A stretch of DNA of 48,516 bases from Acidobacteriota bacterium (GCA_031389065.1 JANMSG010001169.1:1-48516), one strand, 5' to 3'; numbered from the stretch's first letter, positions 20,001 to 28,294 are shown. The notes: generated by a model from the sequence alone, not told the origin. Numbers and translations: made by a program.

Positions 20001-21201
20001 CAAGAAAAATCAGCGCGAGTATGTTCTGCCGAAAGAGTTGCGCGAGTTCGTGCCTATCGAACCCAATCCCTACATTGTCGGCAATCCCATACGCACGGAA
20101 AAAATGTTCTACGGACGAGAAGACGATTTTCGTTACGTGCAAACCAAGCTCGAAGGCGCGTCGCAAGGCGTGGTCATCGTCTTTTGCGGCGAGCGCAGAG
20201 TCGGCAAGAGTTCGATTCTCTTTCAAGTGATGAACGGTAGATTGGGCGAGCGCTTCGTTCCGGTCTTCGTCGATATGCAAGAGATGGTCATCACTTCGGA
20301 CGCCGAGTTCTTCGCGCGCATCTCACGTTTGATCGTCGAATCGTTAGCGCGGAAAAACATCAAAGTCACTGCGCCTCAATTTCACGAAGGAAATCCTTAT
20401 CATATCTTCTTAGATTTTCTCGATGAAGTGTTGGCGGCGATAGAAGACCGAACGCTTTTGATATTGATGGACGAGTACGAGTTGATGGAATCGAAGGTAG
20501 ATGAAGGAAAGATTTCGCAAGAATTTTTTACCTTCTTAGCCGGCTTGATGGACAACAGAGAGCGTCTGGCGATTATCTTCACAGGTTCGCGGCGCCTCGA
20601 GGAGCGCGATAAAAAATATTGGCGCGACCTGTTGCGCCGCTCGCTGTTTCGCAAGGTCGGTTTCTTATCCGGCAAAGACACCCTGCGCCTCATCACAGAC
20701 CCTGTCGAAGGTCGCGTAGTTTACGGGCGCGGCGCGATTGAAGCGATTTGCAGATTGACGGCGGGACAGCCCTTTTATACGCAGGTCACCTGTCAAAACA
20801 TTGTTGATTATATGAACGAACACGAGCAGAACTATATTACGCTCGCAGACCTGCAGCATGTCACTGCAGACATCACAGACAACCCTCTGCCGCAGATGAT
20901 TTACACCTGGGACGCGCTTTCGGATGATGAGAAATTGGTGATGTCTTTGCTCGCTGATGCTCTGCCTGACGGTAACGATTTCGCCACCGCATACGATTTG
21001 CGAGTGGTTGTGAAAGCGAACGAATATCCTGTGAATTTATCTGAAACAACCATTCGCATGACGCTTGAAGAGATGTTCCGCCGCGAGTTGCTGGATAAAA
21101 ATGCCAGCGAGGGTTTCCGAATCAAAATAGATTTGTTCCGATTATGGATTCGCCGCTCACATTCCATCTGGCAAGTAGTCAAAGAAGTGCGAACGCTTTA
21201 A
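17011..21201 (+). CDS. transmembrane sensor: 2x CarboxypepD_reg + about 14 Reg_prop propeller blades + Y_Y_Y domain + TM helix + cytoplasmic Arch/ORC-type AAA NTPase with wHTH
   Basis: N-terminal anchor FALGSFIFVITSYVAIY. Repeated blade motif (e.g. VRAIFQDSEGWMWFGTDKGLARF, VRSIAEDQNGRIWIATPGGV). Y_Y_Y region around VQYLYRINPEGGNERWE. TM helix WWFYLFGLLVAGSATTAFFVV (aa 976-996). NPYIVGNPI...FYGREDDF (aa 1019 onward). Walker A GERRVGKSS (nt 20188-20214). Walker B LLILMDEYE. Confidence 0.8.
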   Translation: MKTGTKRQVHSRVFRFALGSFIFVITSYVAIYSSAHQTPVPQVNTASVIGFVQDDKGAPLEKVSVTISSPNFSASAFTTADGKFEFKNLAPAKYFITAQAARFRKTQTAITITKPDDIVPPITIKLAASSLHVAVYDANNQSLGGVMVSLYSQDSATSGNPTARTVTDKNGDAYFGRLAPSSYTLTAVLRGYDEYRNQVFISSDITTDFALQLLVAPVIPINTKAIARYSIPNLPAKNVRAIFQDSEGWMWFGTDKGLARFNGAEFKSSATTGSAYARLANEDVRSIAEDQNGRIWIATPGGVKRITKEGVEDGQWLSGVEARNIAVDAGGNVWVATASGVFKFDGKDLEAFDESRGLPSNDVRAIAIDKSGKVWIATAKGVAILADNKIHLLEPKRDVSTDNAEPLSVQPKPASQTATQKKSTASQTVTNTAQQPSQASTANPMALAKVNDLDDVQNLFIDKAGGVWLATNKGAIFIEANHTNTFDLSQAQVANGLSIRAISQDIAGRMWFALTEGGALIYDPSTRDSQRISLLEQDHIAAISNEREGYLWFATDNGAVYADFYSFILFTTSRGLSDNDVHAVIEDSSATTAQAHGNLWCVTSTGASRMQDERFVPIERFRTNIHIRGVAFDNTGAAWVATDQGAIKFSGKTLAQFSEGNGLASNNIRYVASLAKGAAMVFATSKGASIFENGVFRKLDGLDGYDARQIFEDTDGRLWFATSRGVMVYNRKTDVAKLIDTSRGLIDNDTRWITRYNGELLIATRAGVQIYNERQQSASSFDSEPANTIFVDRDNFLWVGTDNGQLKKIAAVQSHIVSSIYSGEIHSLTANRINSISEDNDGHIWIATDKGVVRHTPIRTTPSIQVSLKVEGRSEADSGSGRVELPNGRQRVTFRLTGVSMSKPVQYLYRINPEGGNERWELLPVQTGLEREIPFFEFTEGVNTFEVMALNRDLYGGLAPSAAITIYVNPPFYKKWWFYLFGLLVAGSATTAFFVVRKKNQREYVLPKELREFVPIEPNPYIVGNPIRTEKMFYGREDDFRYVQTKLEGASQGVVIVFCGERRVGKSSILFQVMNGRLGERFVPVFVDMQEMVITSDAEFFARISRLIVESLARKNIKVTAPQFHEGNPYHIFLDFLDEVLAAIEDRTLLILMDEYELMESKVDEGKISQEFFTFLAGLMDNRERLAIIFTGSRRLEERDKKYWRDLLRRSLFRKVGFLSGKDTLRLITDPVEGRVVYGRGAIEAICRLTAGQPFYTQVTCQNIVDYMNEHEQNYITLADLQHVTADITDNPLPQMIYTWDALSDDEKLVMSLLADALPDGNDFATAYDLRVVVKANEYPVNLSETTIRMTLEEMFRRELLDKNASEGFRIKIDLFRLWIRRSHSIWQVVKEVRTL

Positions 21202-21257
21202 AGTATATAAACTCAGGTAGAAATGACATCAAAGAAATTGAGATAGTAAAAAAATAG

Positions 21258-23198
21258 ATGCATCGTAATCCTTATCTAAACCGTGTTGCTATTAAAGACC
21301 CGGCGCAGTTCTTCGGACGCGCGCGCGAAGTCTCAAAAATATTTTCCCGCATCGGCGCGTCGCGTCCGCAATCTATTTCCGTTGTTGGCGAACGGCGCAT
21401 AGGAAAATCGTCGCTTCTTTACTACCTCAACCATCCGCAAATTCGCGCCAAGTATCTCGATAAATCCGAAGATTACATATTCGTCTTCATAGACCTTCAG
21501 CAAAAACGCAAACTCAGGCTCACAGAGTTTTTTCAGGAGTTGTTTGCCTTAATTGCCAAAGAGATAAACGATGAGAAAATTACCTTGCTTGAACCAAGTT
21601 TCGATTCCTTGCGCGGCTTGCTCGAAAATTTTAGAAGCGAAGGGCGCAAACTCATCGTCCTGTTCGATGAATTCGATGTCATCACAACCAACCGCGCCTT
21701 CGATCTGGAGTTCTACTCATTCCTGCGCTCGATTGCAAATAACTACGACGTGGCGTATGTGACAAGTTCTGCGCGTGACTTGCAAGAGCTCTGCTACACG
21801 CAACTTATAGCCGATTCCCCTTTCTTTAATATCTTTACAAATGTTTTTTTGCGGGCTTTTTCGCGCAAAGAAGCTCTCGATTTAATTGTGGTTCCGTCAG
21901 TTCAAGAGGGCTTGCCGCTGGAAAATTATACGCGGCGAATTATGGAACTTGCCGGTCACTTTCCTTACTTTTTGCAAATCGCTTGCTCGGCTTACTTCGA
22001 TCATCTTTTGGAAAACGACGGCAAACTCAATCGTGAAGAGGTCGAAGACAATTTTCTCGATGAAGCCAAAGGACAATTCAGGTTCATCTGGGACAAAATG
22101 AGCGAAGGGCAACGCCGCGCCATTCGCAGCTTCGTTGAAAGTAACAAAGCTGAAAAAGAGCAAGCACATATTTTTGAAGATCTAAAACGCGCCGGTTATT
22201 TTCTCGAAGACGAGCGCGGGACTCGTTTGTTCTCTACCAAATTCTCTTCCGTGATTTCGCGCCCGCGAATGATTACTACGGAATTGCGTGACACAGACCG
22301 CGCCGCCATGGCTGTACATGACGGTAAGACGGAAAAAGTCGCTGCGCCGCCTTTGATTGAACCTCACGGACACATTGGCAGATTCGATATTCATCGTTCA
22401 TTAGGCGCGGGCGGAATGGGTGAAATTTTTGAAGCGTACGACACGGAACTTCAACGCACGGTCGCCATCAAAGTCCTGGTCTCAAAGTTTGTAGAAAATG
22501 AAACCATGAAGCAGCGGTTTTTGCGGGAAGCGCGCATGGCTTCGCAACTCAATCATCCGAATATCGCTACGATTTACGAGATCGGCGAGGCCGCTGGTAA
22601 TCCTTATATTGTTATGGAATGTGTTGAAGGCGAAACGCTCAATGACAAAATAAACAACGGCCCGATTGAGTTGAAAGATATCTTGGAAATCGGCGAGCAG
22701 ATCGCTGACGCGCTCGCCGAAGCGCACGAACACGGCGTCGTTCATCGCGACATCAAATCCGCGAACATCATGATTACGACTCGCGGAAAAGTGAAGGTGT
22801 TGGATTTCGGTTTGGCCAAACCTCTGCCTCTTTCGAGCGAGCGCAAGAATAAAACGAAGCTAACGGAATCCGGCGTGTTGCTTGGCACTGTGAGTTACAT
22901 GTCACCCGAACAAGCGACAGGGCAAGGAGATGTCTCGCATCTTTCGGATATTTTTTCGCTCGGTGTAGTGCTTTATGAAATGCTAACGGGGAGCTTGCCG
23001 TTTGAAGGCGACACTTATTTCCAAACCATTCAGGCGATAAACAAACGCACTCCGGTTTCGATAAAAAAACTTCGTAAAGACGCGCCCGCATCTTTGATTG
23101 CGATTATCGAACGTATGCTGAAAAAATCTCCGTCAGAGCGTTACCAGGCGGCATCAGAAATCGCGCGCGATTTGCGCAAAGTGGCTAGTGAAAGCTGA
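21258..23198 (+). CDS. Arch/ORC-type AAA NTPase-wHTH fused to a Hanks-type Ser/Thr protein kinase
   Basis: NPYLNRVAI...FFGRAREV. Walker A GERRIGKSS (from nt 21387). Walker B LIVLFDEFD. Kinase motifs: GAGGMGEIF, AIKVL, HRDIKSANIM (from nt 22743), DFGLAK, SPEQ. 56 nt downstream of the previous gene. Confidence 0.85.
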   Translation: MHRNPYLNRVAIKDPAQFFGRAREVSKIFSRIGASRPQSISVVGERRIGKSSLLYYLNHPQIRAKYLDKSEDYIFVFIDLQQKRKLRLTEFFQELFALIAKEINDEKITLLEPSFDSLRGLLENFRSEGRKLIVLFDEFDVITTNRAFDLEFYSFLRSIANNYDVAYVTSSARDLQELCYTQLIADSPFFNIFTNVFLRAFSRKEALDLIVVPSVQEGLPLENYTRRIMELAGHFPYFLQIACSAYFDHLLENDGKLNREEVEDNFLDEAKGQFRFIWDKMSEGQRRAIRSFVESNKAEKEQAHIFEDLKRAGYFLEDERGTRLFSTKFSSVISRPRMITTELRDTDRAAMAVHDGKTEKVAAPPLIEPHGHIGRFDIHRSLGAGGMGEIFEAYDTELQRTVAIKVLVSKFVENETMKQRFLREARMASQLNHPNIATIYEIGEAAGNPYIVMECVEGETLNDKINNGPIELKDILEIGEQIADALAEAHEHGVVHRDIKSANIMITTRGKVKVLDFGLAKPLPLSSERKNKTKLTESGVLLGTVSYMSPEQATGQGDVSHLSDIFSLGVVLYEMLTGSLPFEGDTYFQTIQAINKRTPVSIKKLRKDAPASLIAIIERMLKKSPSERYQAASEIARDLRKVASES

Positions 23199-23244
23199 AT
23201 GGAAATCTCAAAAGGCTACCCTCAACTTCATAAGAAGTATTTGA

Positions 23245-23931
23245 TTATCCCTTTGGTTCTATTAAATAATCCTCGCGCTTTGTTGAACTGATTGAAATGT
23301 CATCTGCGTGGCGAGACTCACGTGTAAACATCAAAAAACCGACTCCCATAATCACCAATACGAGCAAAATGACGATGACCAAAAAGTACCAGGGAAATTG
23401 TTGCTCATTCGTAGTCGCTGTGCCGGAGCCTTCAAAAGAAAACATGACAAAAGGACCGATTACCGCGCCCATCAATCCGACTAACAGGGCGATGCGGTCG
23501 AACTGCCCTTCTTGCGGAGCCTGCACGCGCCAACCTATATAAGTGCCAGCCATCGAAGCCACCATCGCAAAAATGACGTAAAGAAAACTTTGTCCAGTGA
23601 TGGAGATGCGCCCTGCCGAATCATTGAGCCAGTTCATCGCCAGATAATTGCTGCTTCCCGCCGACACAAGCAGTAAGAGAAGCGAGTTGAGAAGGATTGT
23701 CGCCATCGCCACGATTGCCGAATCGAGGAGGCGAATCTTTTCGCTCATTAATCCGATAATAAAACCGCCGACAAGAAAGGCACCGAGCGTCAGCCCGAAA
23801 ACCAAAACGAGGAGGATGCCTTGTGGGGATTGAGTCTTTCCGAGAAGCAGATTTGCAATAAGCGAAATCGTGGCTTGAATCCCGAAGGTGAAAACAAGCC
23901 CTAAAAGCATCCATTTCATTCGATGCTTCAT
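23245..23931 (-). CDS. hypothetical polytopic membrane protein
   Basis: 228-aa ORF with about 6 hydrophobic helices. No family recognised. Convergent with the kinase gene. Confidence 0.55.
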   Translation of the reverse strand: MKHRMKWMLLGLVFTFGIQATISLIANLLLGKTQSPQGILLVLVFGLTLGAFLVGGFIIGLMSEKIRLLDSAIVAMATILLNSLLLLLVSAGSSNYLAMNWLNDSAGRISITGQSFLYVIFAMVASMAGTYIGWRVQAPQEGQFDRIALLVGLMGAVIGPFVMFSFEGSGTATTNEQQFPWYFLVIVILLVLVIMGVGFLMFTRESRHADDISISSTKREDYLIEPKG

Positions 23932-24093
23932 TGTCGCACTCCTTATCTTTACGAACCGAGATTTACTCTTATCTTGCTTTTGCTTTTCCGTTCAAGTTCT
24001 ACCGCTTTTGTGGGGCAATCTTAGACCCATGCAGAGTCTGTGTCAAAGGCATTTTGTCAGTTGTCGCCAGAGTCTCTTATTGATTGCGAAGTT

Positions 24094-24396
24094 CTATTGC
24101 GGCAGTTTCCAGCCTCTGAGTTGGTAATACTTTTCTTTTGGCTCTGCTGTCCAGCCGTTGATCCCGTGTTTTGGCAACCACCAAACATGAATGATCAGAA
24201 TCCCCAAAGAGCTTACTGCCAAAAAAACGTAGAACCAGAGGTGACCAAGAGTTTGCGTTATCAAAATTATTAGGCCAACAAAGAGGAATAATTTTGCTAC
24301 TCTTCTCCATTTGGGAGTGCCTTCTTCAAAGTGACCAAATAGGATATTGCCAACGGCAAAGATGGTTGTGATGATTGCGACTTCGAACCACATCAC
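24094..24396 (-). CDS. hypothetical small membrane protein (3 TM)
   Basis: 100-aa ORF with three hydrophobic segments. Located 26 nt downstream of the feoB stop, on the same strand. Confidence 0.5.
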   Translation of the reverse strand: MMWFEVAIITTIFAVGNILFGHFEEGTPKWRRVAKLFLFVGLIILITQTLGHLWFYVFLAVSSLGILIIHVWWLPKHGINGWTAEPKEKYYQLRGWKLPQ

Positions 24397-24422
24397 TCAT
24401 TCCTCCTCAAACCATTCTTCGA

Positions 24423-26444
24423 TTATGAAACACCGAAAGCCCGCAAGCCCTGCACAACAGCGGCAGAGAGCAAGTAGCCGAGTCCCGTATAAAAGAGCAA
24501 TTGTAAGCCCGCTATCTTCCACGAATTGGTCTCTGCGCGAACCACAGCGACCGTCGAAAGACATTGCAGCGAAAAGAAAAAGAAGACCATCAAACCGATG
24601 ATGCTTGAAGTCGTGAAGACGCGCTGCGAGCTATCGGCAAAAGTCGCTTCGCGCATGGTGTCCAACAAACCTGACTGTTGCGCTTGCTCGTCGTTTACAT
24701 CCGCTACATGAAAGACGATGGCCATCGTCGAAACGAAAACTTCGCGCGCCGCGAATGCGGAAATCAAACCAACACCGACGCGCCAATCCACCGCCATAGG
24801 TCGTAATGCAGGCTCTATCGTCTTGCCGATTTGCGCGGCAAATGAATGATCCAAAGCGCTCACCGTGATAAACGATGCGGGCTTGCCATCTTCAGATTGC
24901 GGTTGATTTGCGCCGATGCCGAAATTGGAGAGCAACCAAAGGATTGAGGAGATGATGATTATGGGCGTTCCCGCTTTTTTCAAATAAGCAGACGAGCGCG
25001 ACCAGGTGATTTTCAAAGTTGGTTTGATAAGCGGCTGGCGATAAAGAGGCATCTCCATCGCCAGCATCGAATTCGATTTTTTGCGAATAAAAAGCTTGCT
25101 GATTAGCCCTGCGGTGAGGGCTCCGATTAGCAAACTCGCAACATAGGTAAACGCCAGCGCAAGGCCGGCTTTACCCGGTGCCCCCGGCAATAAAGCAGCC
25201 AGCAACAAAGCATAAACCGGAAGCCTGGCGCTGCAACTCATCAGAGGAAGTACCCAGATGGTCAACAAGCGCTCGCGCTTCGAGGGAATCGTTCGCGCCG
25301 CAAGCACAGCAGGAATCGCGCAAGCAAATCCCGAAAGCATAGGAACAAACGAACGACCATGCAAACCTAAAGCGGAAAGCGGGCGATCAACCAAGGCTGC
25401 GCCGCGCGACAAATAGCCTGAGTCTTCCAGCAAGGTCATCAAGAAAAAGAGAATGATGATCTGCGGGAAAAAGACGGCTACAGAACCGACTCCCCCGATG
25501 ATTCCATCTGCGATGAAGTGCGAAAAAACTCCTTCAGGCAAAACGGCGAGAGTCAACGCACCTGCTTCTTTGAAAACCCATTCGATAAGATCCATGAAAG
25601 GCTGCGCCAGCCAAAAGATGGAAGCAAATAATCCGCCAAGTATGGTGAAGAAAATTGGAAAGCCGACATAGCGATGCAAGACGACTCTATCTATGCGAGC
25701 CGTCATAGAATTTTCCGCAAGCAACATCGGCTTGCTCTTTTTCATAGTGCCGCTTGAGTCCAACAAATTGCGGAGCCTGCGATATGCTTCTACTGGTTCA
25801 TCAGGAATTTCAGCGAGCGCCGAAGTTTGCTCAAACGGATGGTCGAGCGCCTTTCGCAATTCAAGCATCAATTCGGTCACTCCCCAACCAGTTCGCCCAT
25901 CAACAGGAATGACAGGAACCCCTAGCGCATCAGCTAATTTGTTGGTGTTGATGGATTGTCCAGACTTTGCGAGCAAATCCATCATTGTCAGAGCAATAAC
26001 TACTGGTTTGCCTTGTCGTGCAACAAATGAGGCGAATTTCAGGTGACGTTCCAACTGCGTTGCATCAACGACAATGATGAGAGCATCCGGATGAATTGAA
26101 TCGTGACGGCCTTCGATGACCGAGCAGGAAAGTTCTTCTTCAATGGTAGGGGCGACGATGCTGTGAATGCCGGGCAAATCCACTAAATTGATTTCCGCGC
26201 CAAACTCTGCGCGGCTCTTACCACGCGAAAGAGTAACGGTGACACCCGGGTAATTTGCCGTTTGAAAGCCTCCGCCCGTCAAGCCGTTCATTAAGGCGGT
26301 CTTGCCTGCATTTGGAACACCCGCAAGGCAAACCGTCAATGTGCTTGGTGGTGGGGGAATTTTGTAAGGCTTCTCAGCAGCAGTCTTGGCTTCTTTCGAA
26401 GCACGGTTAACCGTGCTTGTATTGACTAGAGGACTCTTATCCAT
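24423..26444 (-). CDS. feoB: ferrous iron transporter FeoB
   Basis: G-domain motifs GVPNAGKTALMN, DLPG and permease core (PLMSCSARLPVY, gate motifs). Overlaps the feoA end. Confidence 0.95.
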   Translation of the reverse strand: MDKSPLVNTSTVNRASKEAKTAAEKPYKIPPPPSTLTVCLAGVPNAGKTALMNGLTGGGFQTANYPGVTVTLSRGKSRAEFGAEINLVDLPGIHSIVAPTIEEELSCSVIEGRHDSIHPDALIIVVDATQLERHLKFASFVARQGKPVVIALTMMDLLAKSGQSINTNKLADALGVPVIPVDGRTGWGVTELMLELRKALDHPFEQTSALAEIPDEPVEAYRRLRNLLDSSGTMKKSKPMLLAENSMTARIDRVVLHRYVGFPIFFTILGGLFASIFWLAQPFMDLIEWVFKEAGALTLAVLPEGVFSHFIADGIIGGVGSVAVFFPQIIILFFLMTLLEDSGYLSRGAALVDRPLSALGLHGRSFVPMLSGFACAIPAVLAARTIPSKRERLLTIWVLPLMSCSARLPVYALLLAALLPGAPGKAGLALAFTYVASLLIGALTAGLISKLFIRKKSNSMLAMEMPLYRQPLIKPTLKITWSRSSAYLKKAGTPIIIISSILWLLSNFGIGANQPQSEDGKPASFITVSALDHSFAAQIGKTIEPALRPMAVDWRVGVGLISAFAAREVFVSTMAIVFHVADVNDEQAQQSGLLDTMREATFADSSQRVFTTSSIIGLMVFFFFSLQCLSTVAVVRAETNSWKIAGLQLLFYTGLGYLLSAAVVQGLRAFGVS

Positions 26445-26644
26445 GCTGCTTCCCGCCGTCTAAGGGCAAGACGCATCCCGCGCACTTCTACAACCAGAGG
26501 GTCTCCGAGCGGAACCGATTGTACGACAGCCATTTCTTCGCCCGGCGTGAGACCAAGATCAAGCAATCGGCGGCACTCTGTTTCCGGCCCGTCAAGGCTT
26601 GCTATACGACAGTAGGTATTGAAAGGTGCATCGAGGAGTTTCAT
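26426..26644 (-). CDS. feoA: FeoA family protein
   Basis: 72 aa with an SH3-like FeoA pattern (RLLDLGLTPGEEMAVVQSVPLGDPLVVEVRGMRLALRRREAAWI). Immediately upstream of feoB. Confidence 0.85.
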   Translation of the reverse strand: MKLLDAPFNTYCRIASLDGPETECRRLLDLGLTPGEEMAVVQSVPLGDPLVVEVRGMRLALRRREAAWIRVL

Positions 26645-26688
26645 AACTAACCCTTTATAATTTTTTACAAAAATAAAAAAGTCAAAAT

Positions 26689-26701
26689 GAAAATGATTTT
26701 C
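26689..26701. promoter_or_regulatory. candidate Fur-box-like palindrome upstream of feoA
   Basis: GAAAAT-G-ATTTTC is a 6-1-6 perfect palindrome in an AT-rich leader, 45-57 nt upstream of the feoA ATG. It resembles the AATGATAATCATT core of Fur boxes. Confidence 0.4.
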
Positions 26702-26773
26702 AATTTGCTTTTGGTTAGAGGATACGGCTAACGCATCACCTTGTCAACGGAAAAGATTTCTTGAAGTGATATT

Positions 26774-28294
26774 TTAATCGGAGAGTTTGGCGGCAGCTAT
26801 GGCTTCCTCAAGCGATGTGACGACTCCATCGAGTTGAAGGTCATAAATGCGGCGGAGGATTTCGCCCATTTGCGGACCGGGTTGAATTCCTGCTTCAAGC
26901 AAATGTCGTCCCATGAGAATTGGCACCGGGGGACCGTTCTCCAAATTCAGCGCCTGGATATTATCTTTGAACCATTCCTCTCCTTCTGTTGACACATAGC
27001 CTCGAGCTACCCTATCGGCTTTCGCTAAAAGATAGAGTAAATTCATATCAACTCTTTGGGCAAGCCTACGAAAATCTCCATCCGTTGTGCACGCGCGGCC
27101 TTCGTAAAACTGGCGCGGTTTCGCTTGTTCACGCACCAGCGACAACACTTGTTCGCGCACATCATATCCTGCAATCGTGTGAAGCCCCAGTTTGTCCATC
27201 ACCCGAATTACAGGCTCGTTTTCATCGAACGGCGGGGCGATTACGTTTTGACACAGAGCGGCAAGCATAACGGTCAAGCGTTTCTCTTTCAGCAAATCGC
27301 GTGTGAGTTTTGCTGCTTCGTCTACGCGGTTTTTTGTGTACTCGAACGTATCGTCTTTTATCAACGATTCATTGGATTGCTTGTCAACCGCTTGACTGTT
27401 ATTAAGTTGATAAGCAGCCAGTGAACAAATTTGAGGGAAAAGTTTATCAAGCGCTCCGAGTTCAAGCGCAATCTGCAAGCCTATCGAAGGACGATTTGCG
27501 AGCAAGAACAGTTTTTCTAACTCGCCCCAAATGCGTTCGTGCGGCAAGTCCGAAAGGTCTATTGAACGGCACAATTCAATGGTCTGGGTTTCGATGCTCA
27601 TCGCAAATCGCGCGGTCATTTGAACAGCGCGCAACACTCTCAGGCTGTCTTCAATGAATGTGTCAGCGGCAACGGCGCGGAGTATTCGTTGATGCAAATC
27701 GGCAACACCGCCAAATGGATCAACGATTTCGTCCGTGAGCGGGTCTTGCATAATTGCGTTGATCGTGAAGTCGCGTCGTCGCGAAGCTTCTGCAAAAGTC
27801 ATGTCTGGGTCGCCTTCGATTACAAAGCTGCGATGGCCTCTACCTGATTTCGATTCGCGACGCGGAATCGAAACATCTATTTCAACTCTCACATTTCGGA
27901 GTGTCGAGTCCGGTGTCCCGTGTCCTGGGTCCGCCACCAGGAGTTCGGTGTCGTCTCTTTTTCCTTGTGAGTTTAAATTCGAGATCTGGGGTCTAAGGCT
28001 TGGGAAAGACTCATCTTCACTTATTTGAGACCTCTCATCTTTATCAGAATTTTGAGCATCATTTGATGGATAAAAAGCCAGTTTGTAAACGGCGAAATGT
28101 TCGCCTACCGTGTTGACCTGTGTGAGGGATTGGAGAATTTTCCGCAGCCGAGAAGGCTCAAGATGATAAACTTCAAGATCGAAGTCTTTTGATTCGAAGC
28201 CCAATAAGCGATCACGCACGCAGCCGCCTACAAGCATAGCTCGTCCGCCCGCGTCGCGCACCGCTTCACAAATTTTCAAAACATATTTATTCAT
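26774..28294 (-). CDS. cca: CCA-adding enzyme / tRNA nucleotidyltransferase (PolyA_pol family) with a low-complexity insertion in the head domain
   Basis: GGRAMLVGGCVRDRLLG, DFDLEV, IDVSIPRRE and RRDFTINA are class II nucleotidyltransferase motifs. About 60 extra residues (aa 76-135) lie between FAVYKL and IDVSIPRRE. Confidence 0.85.
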   Translation of the reverse strand: MNKYVLKICEAVRDAGGRAMLVGGCVRDRLLGFESKDFDLEVYHLEPSRLRKILQSLTQVNTVGEHFAVYKLAFYPSNDAQNSDKDERSQISEDESFPSLRPQISNLNSQGKRDDTELLVADPGHGTPDSTLRNVRVEIDVSIPRRESKSGRGHRSFVIEGDPDMTFAEASRRRDFTINAIMQDPLTDEIVDPFGGVADLHQRILRAVAADTFIEDSLRVLRAVQMTARFAMSIETQTIELCRSIDLSDLPHERIWGELEKLFLLANRPSIGLQIALELGALDKLFPQICSLAAYQLNNSQAVDKQSNESLIKDDTFEYTKNRVDEAAKLTRDLLKEKRLTVMLAALCQNVIAPPFDENEPVIRVMDKLGLHTIAGYDVREQVLSLVREQAKPRQFYEGRACTTDGDFRRLAQRVDMNLLYLLAKADRVARGYVSTEGEEWFKDNIQALNLENGPPVPILMGRHLLEAGIQPGPQMGEILRRIYDLQLDGVVTSLEEAIAAAKLSD

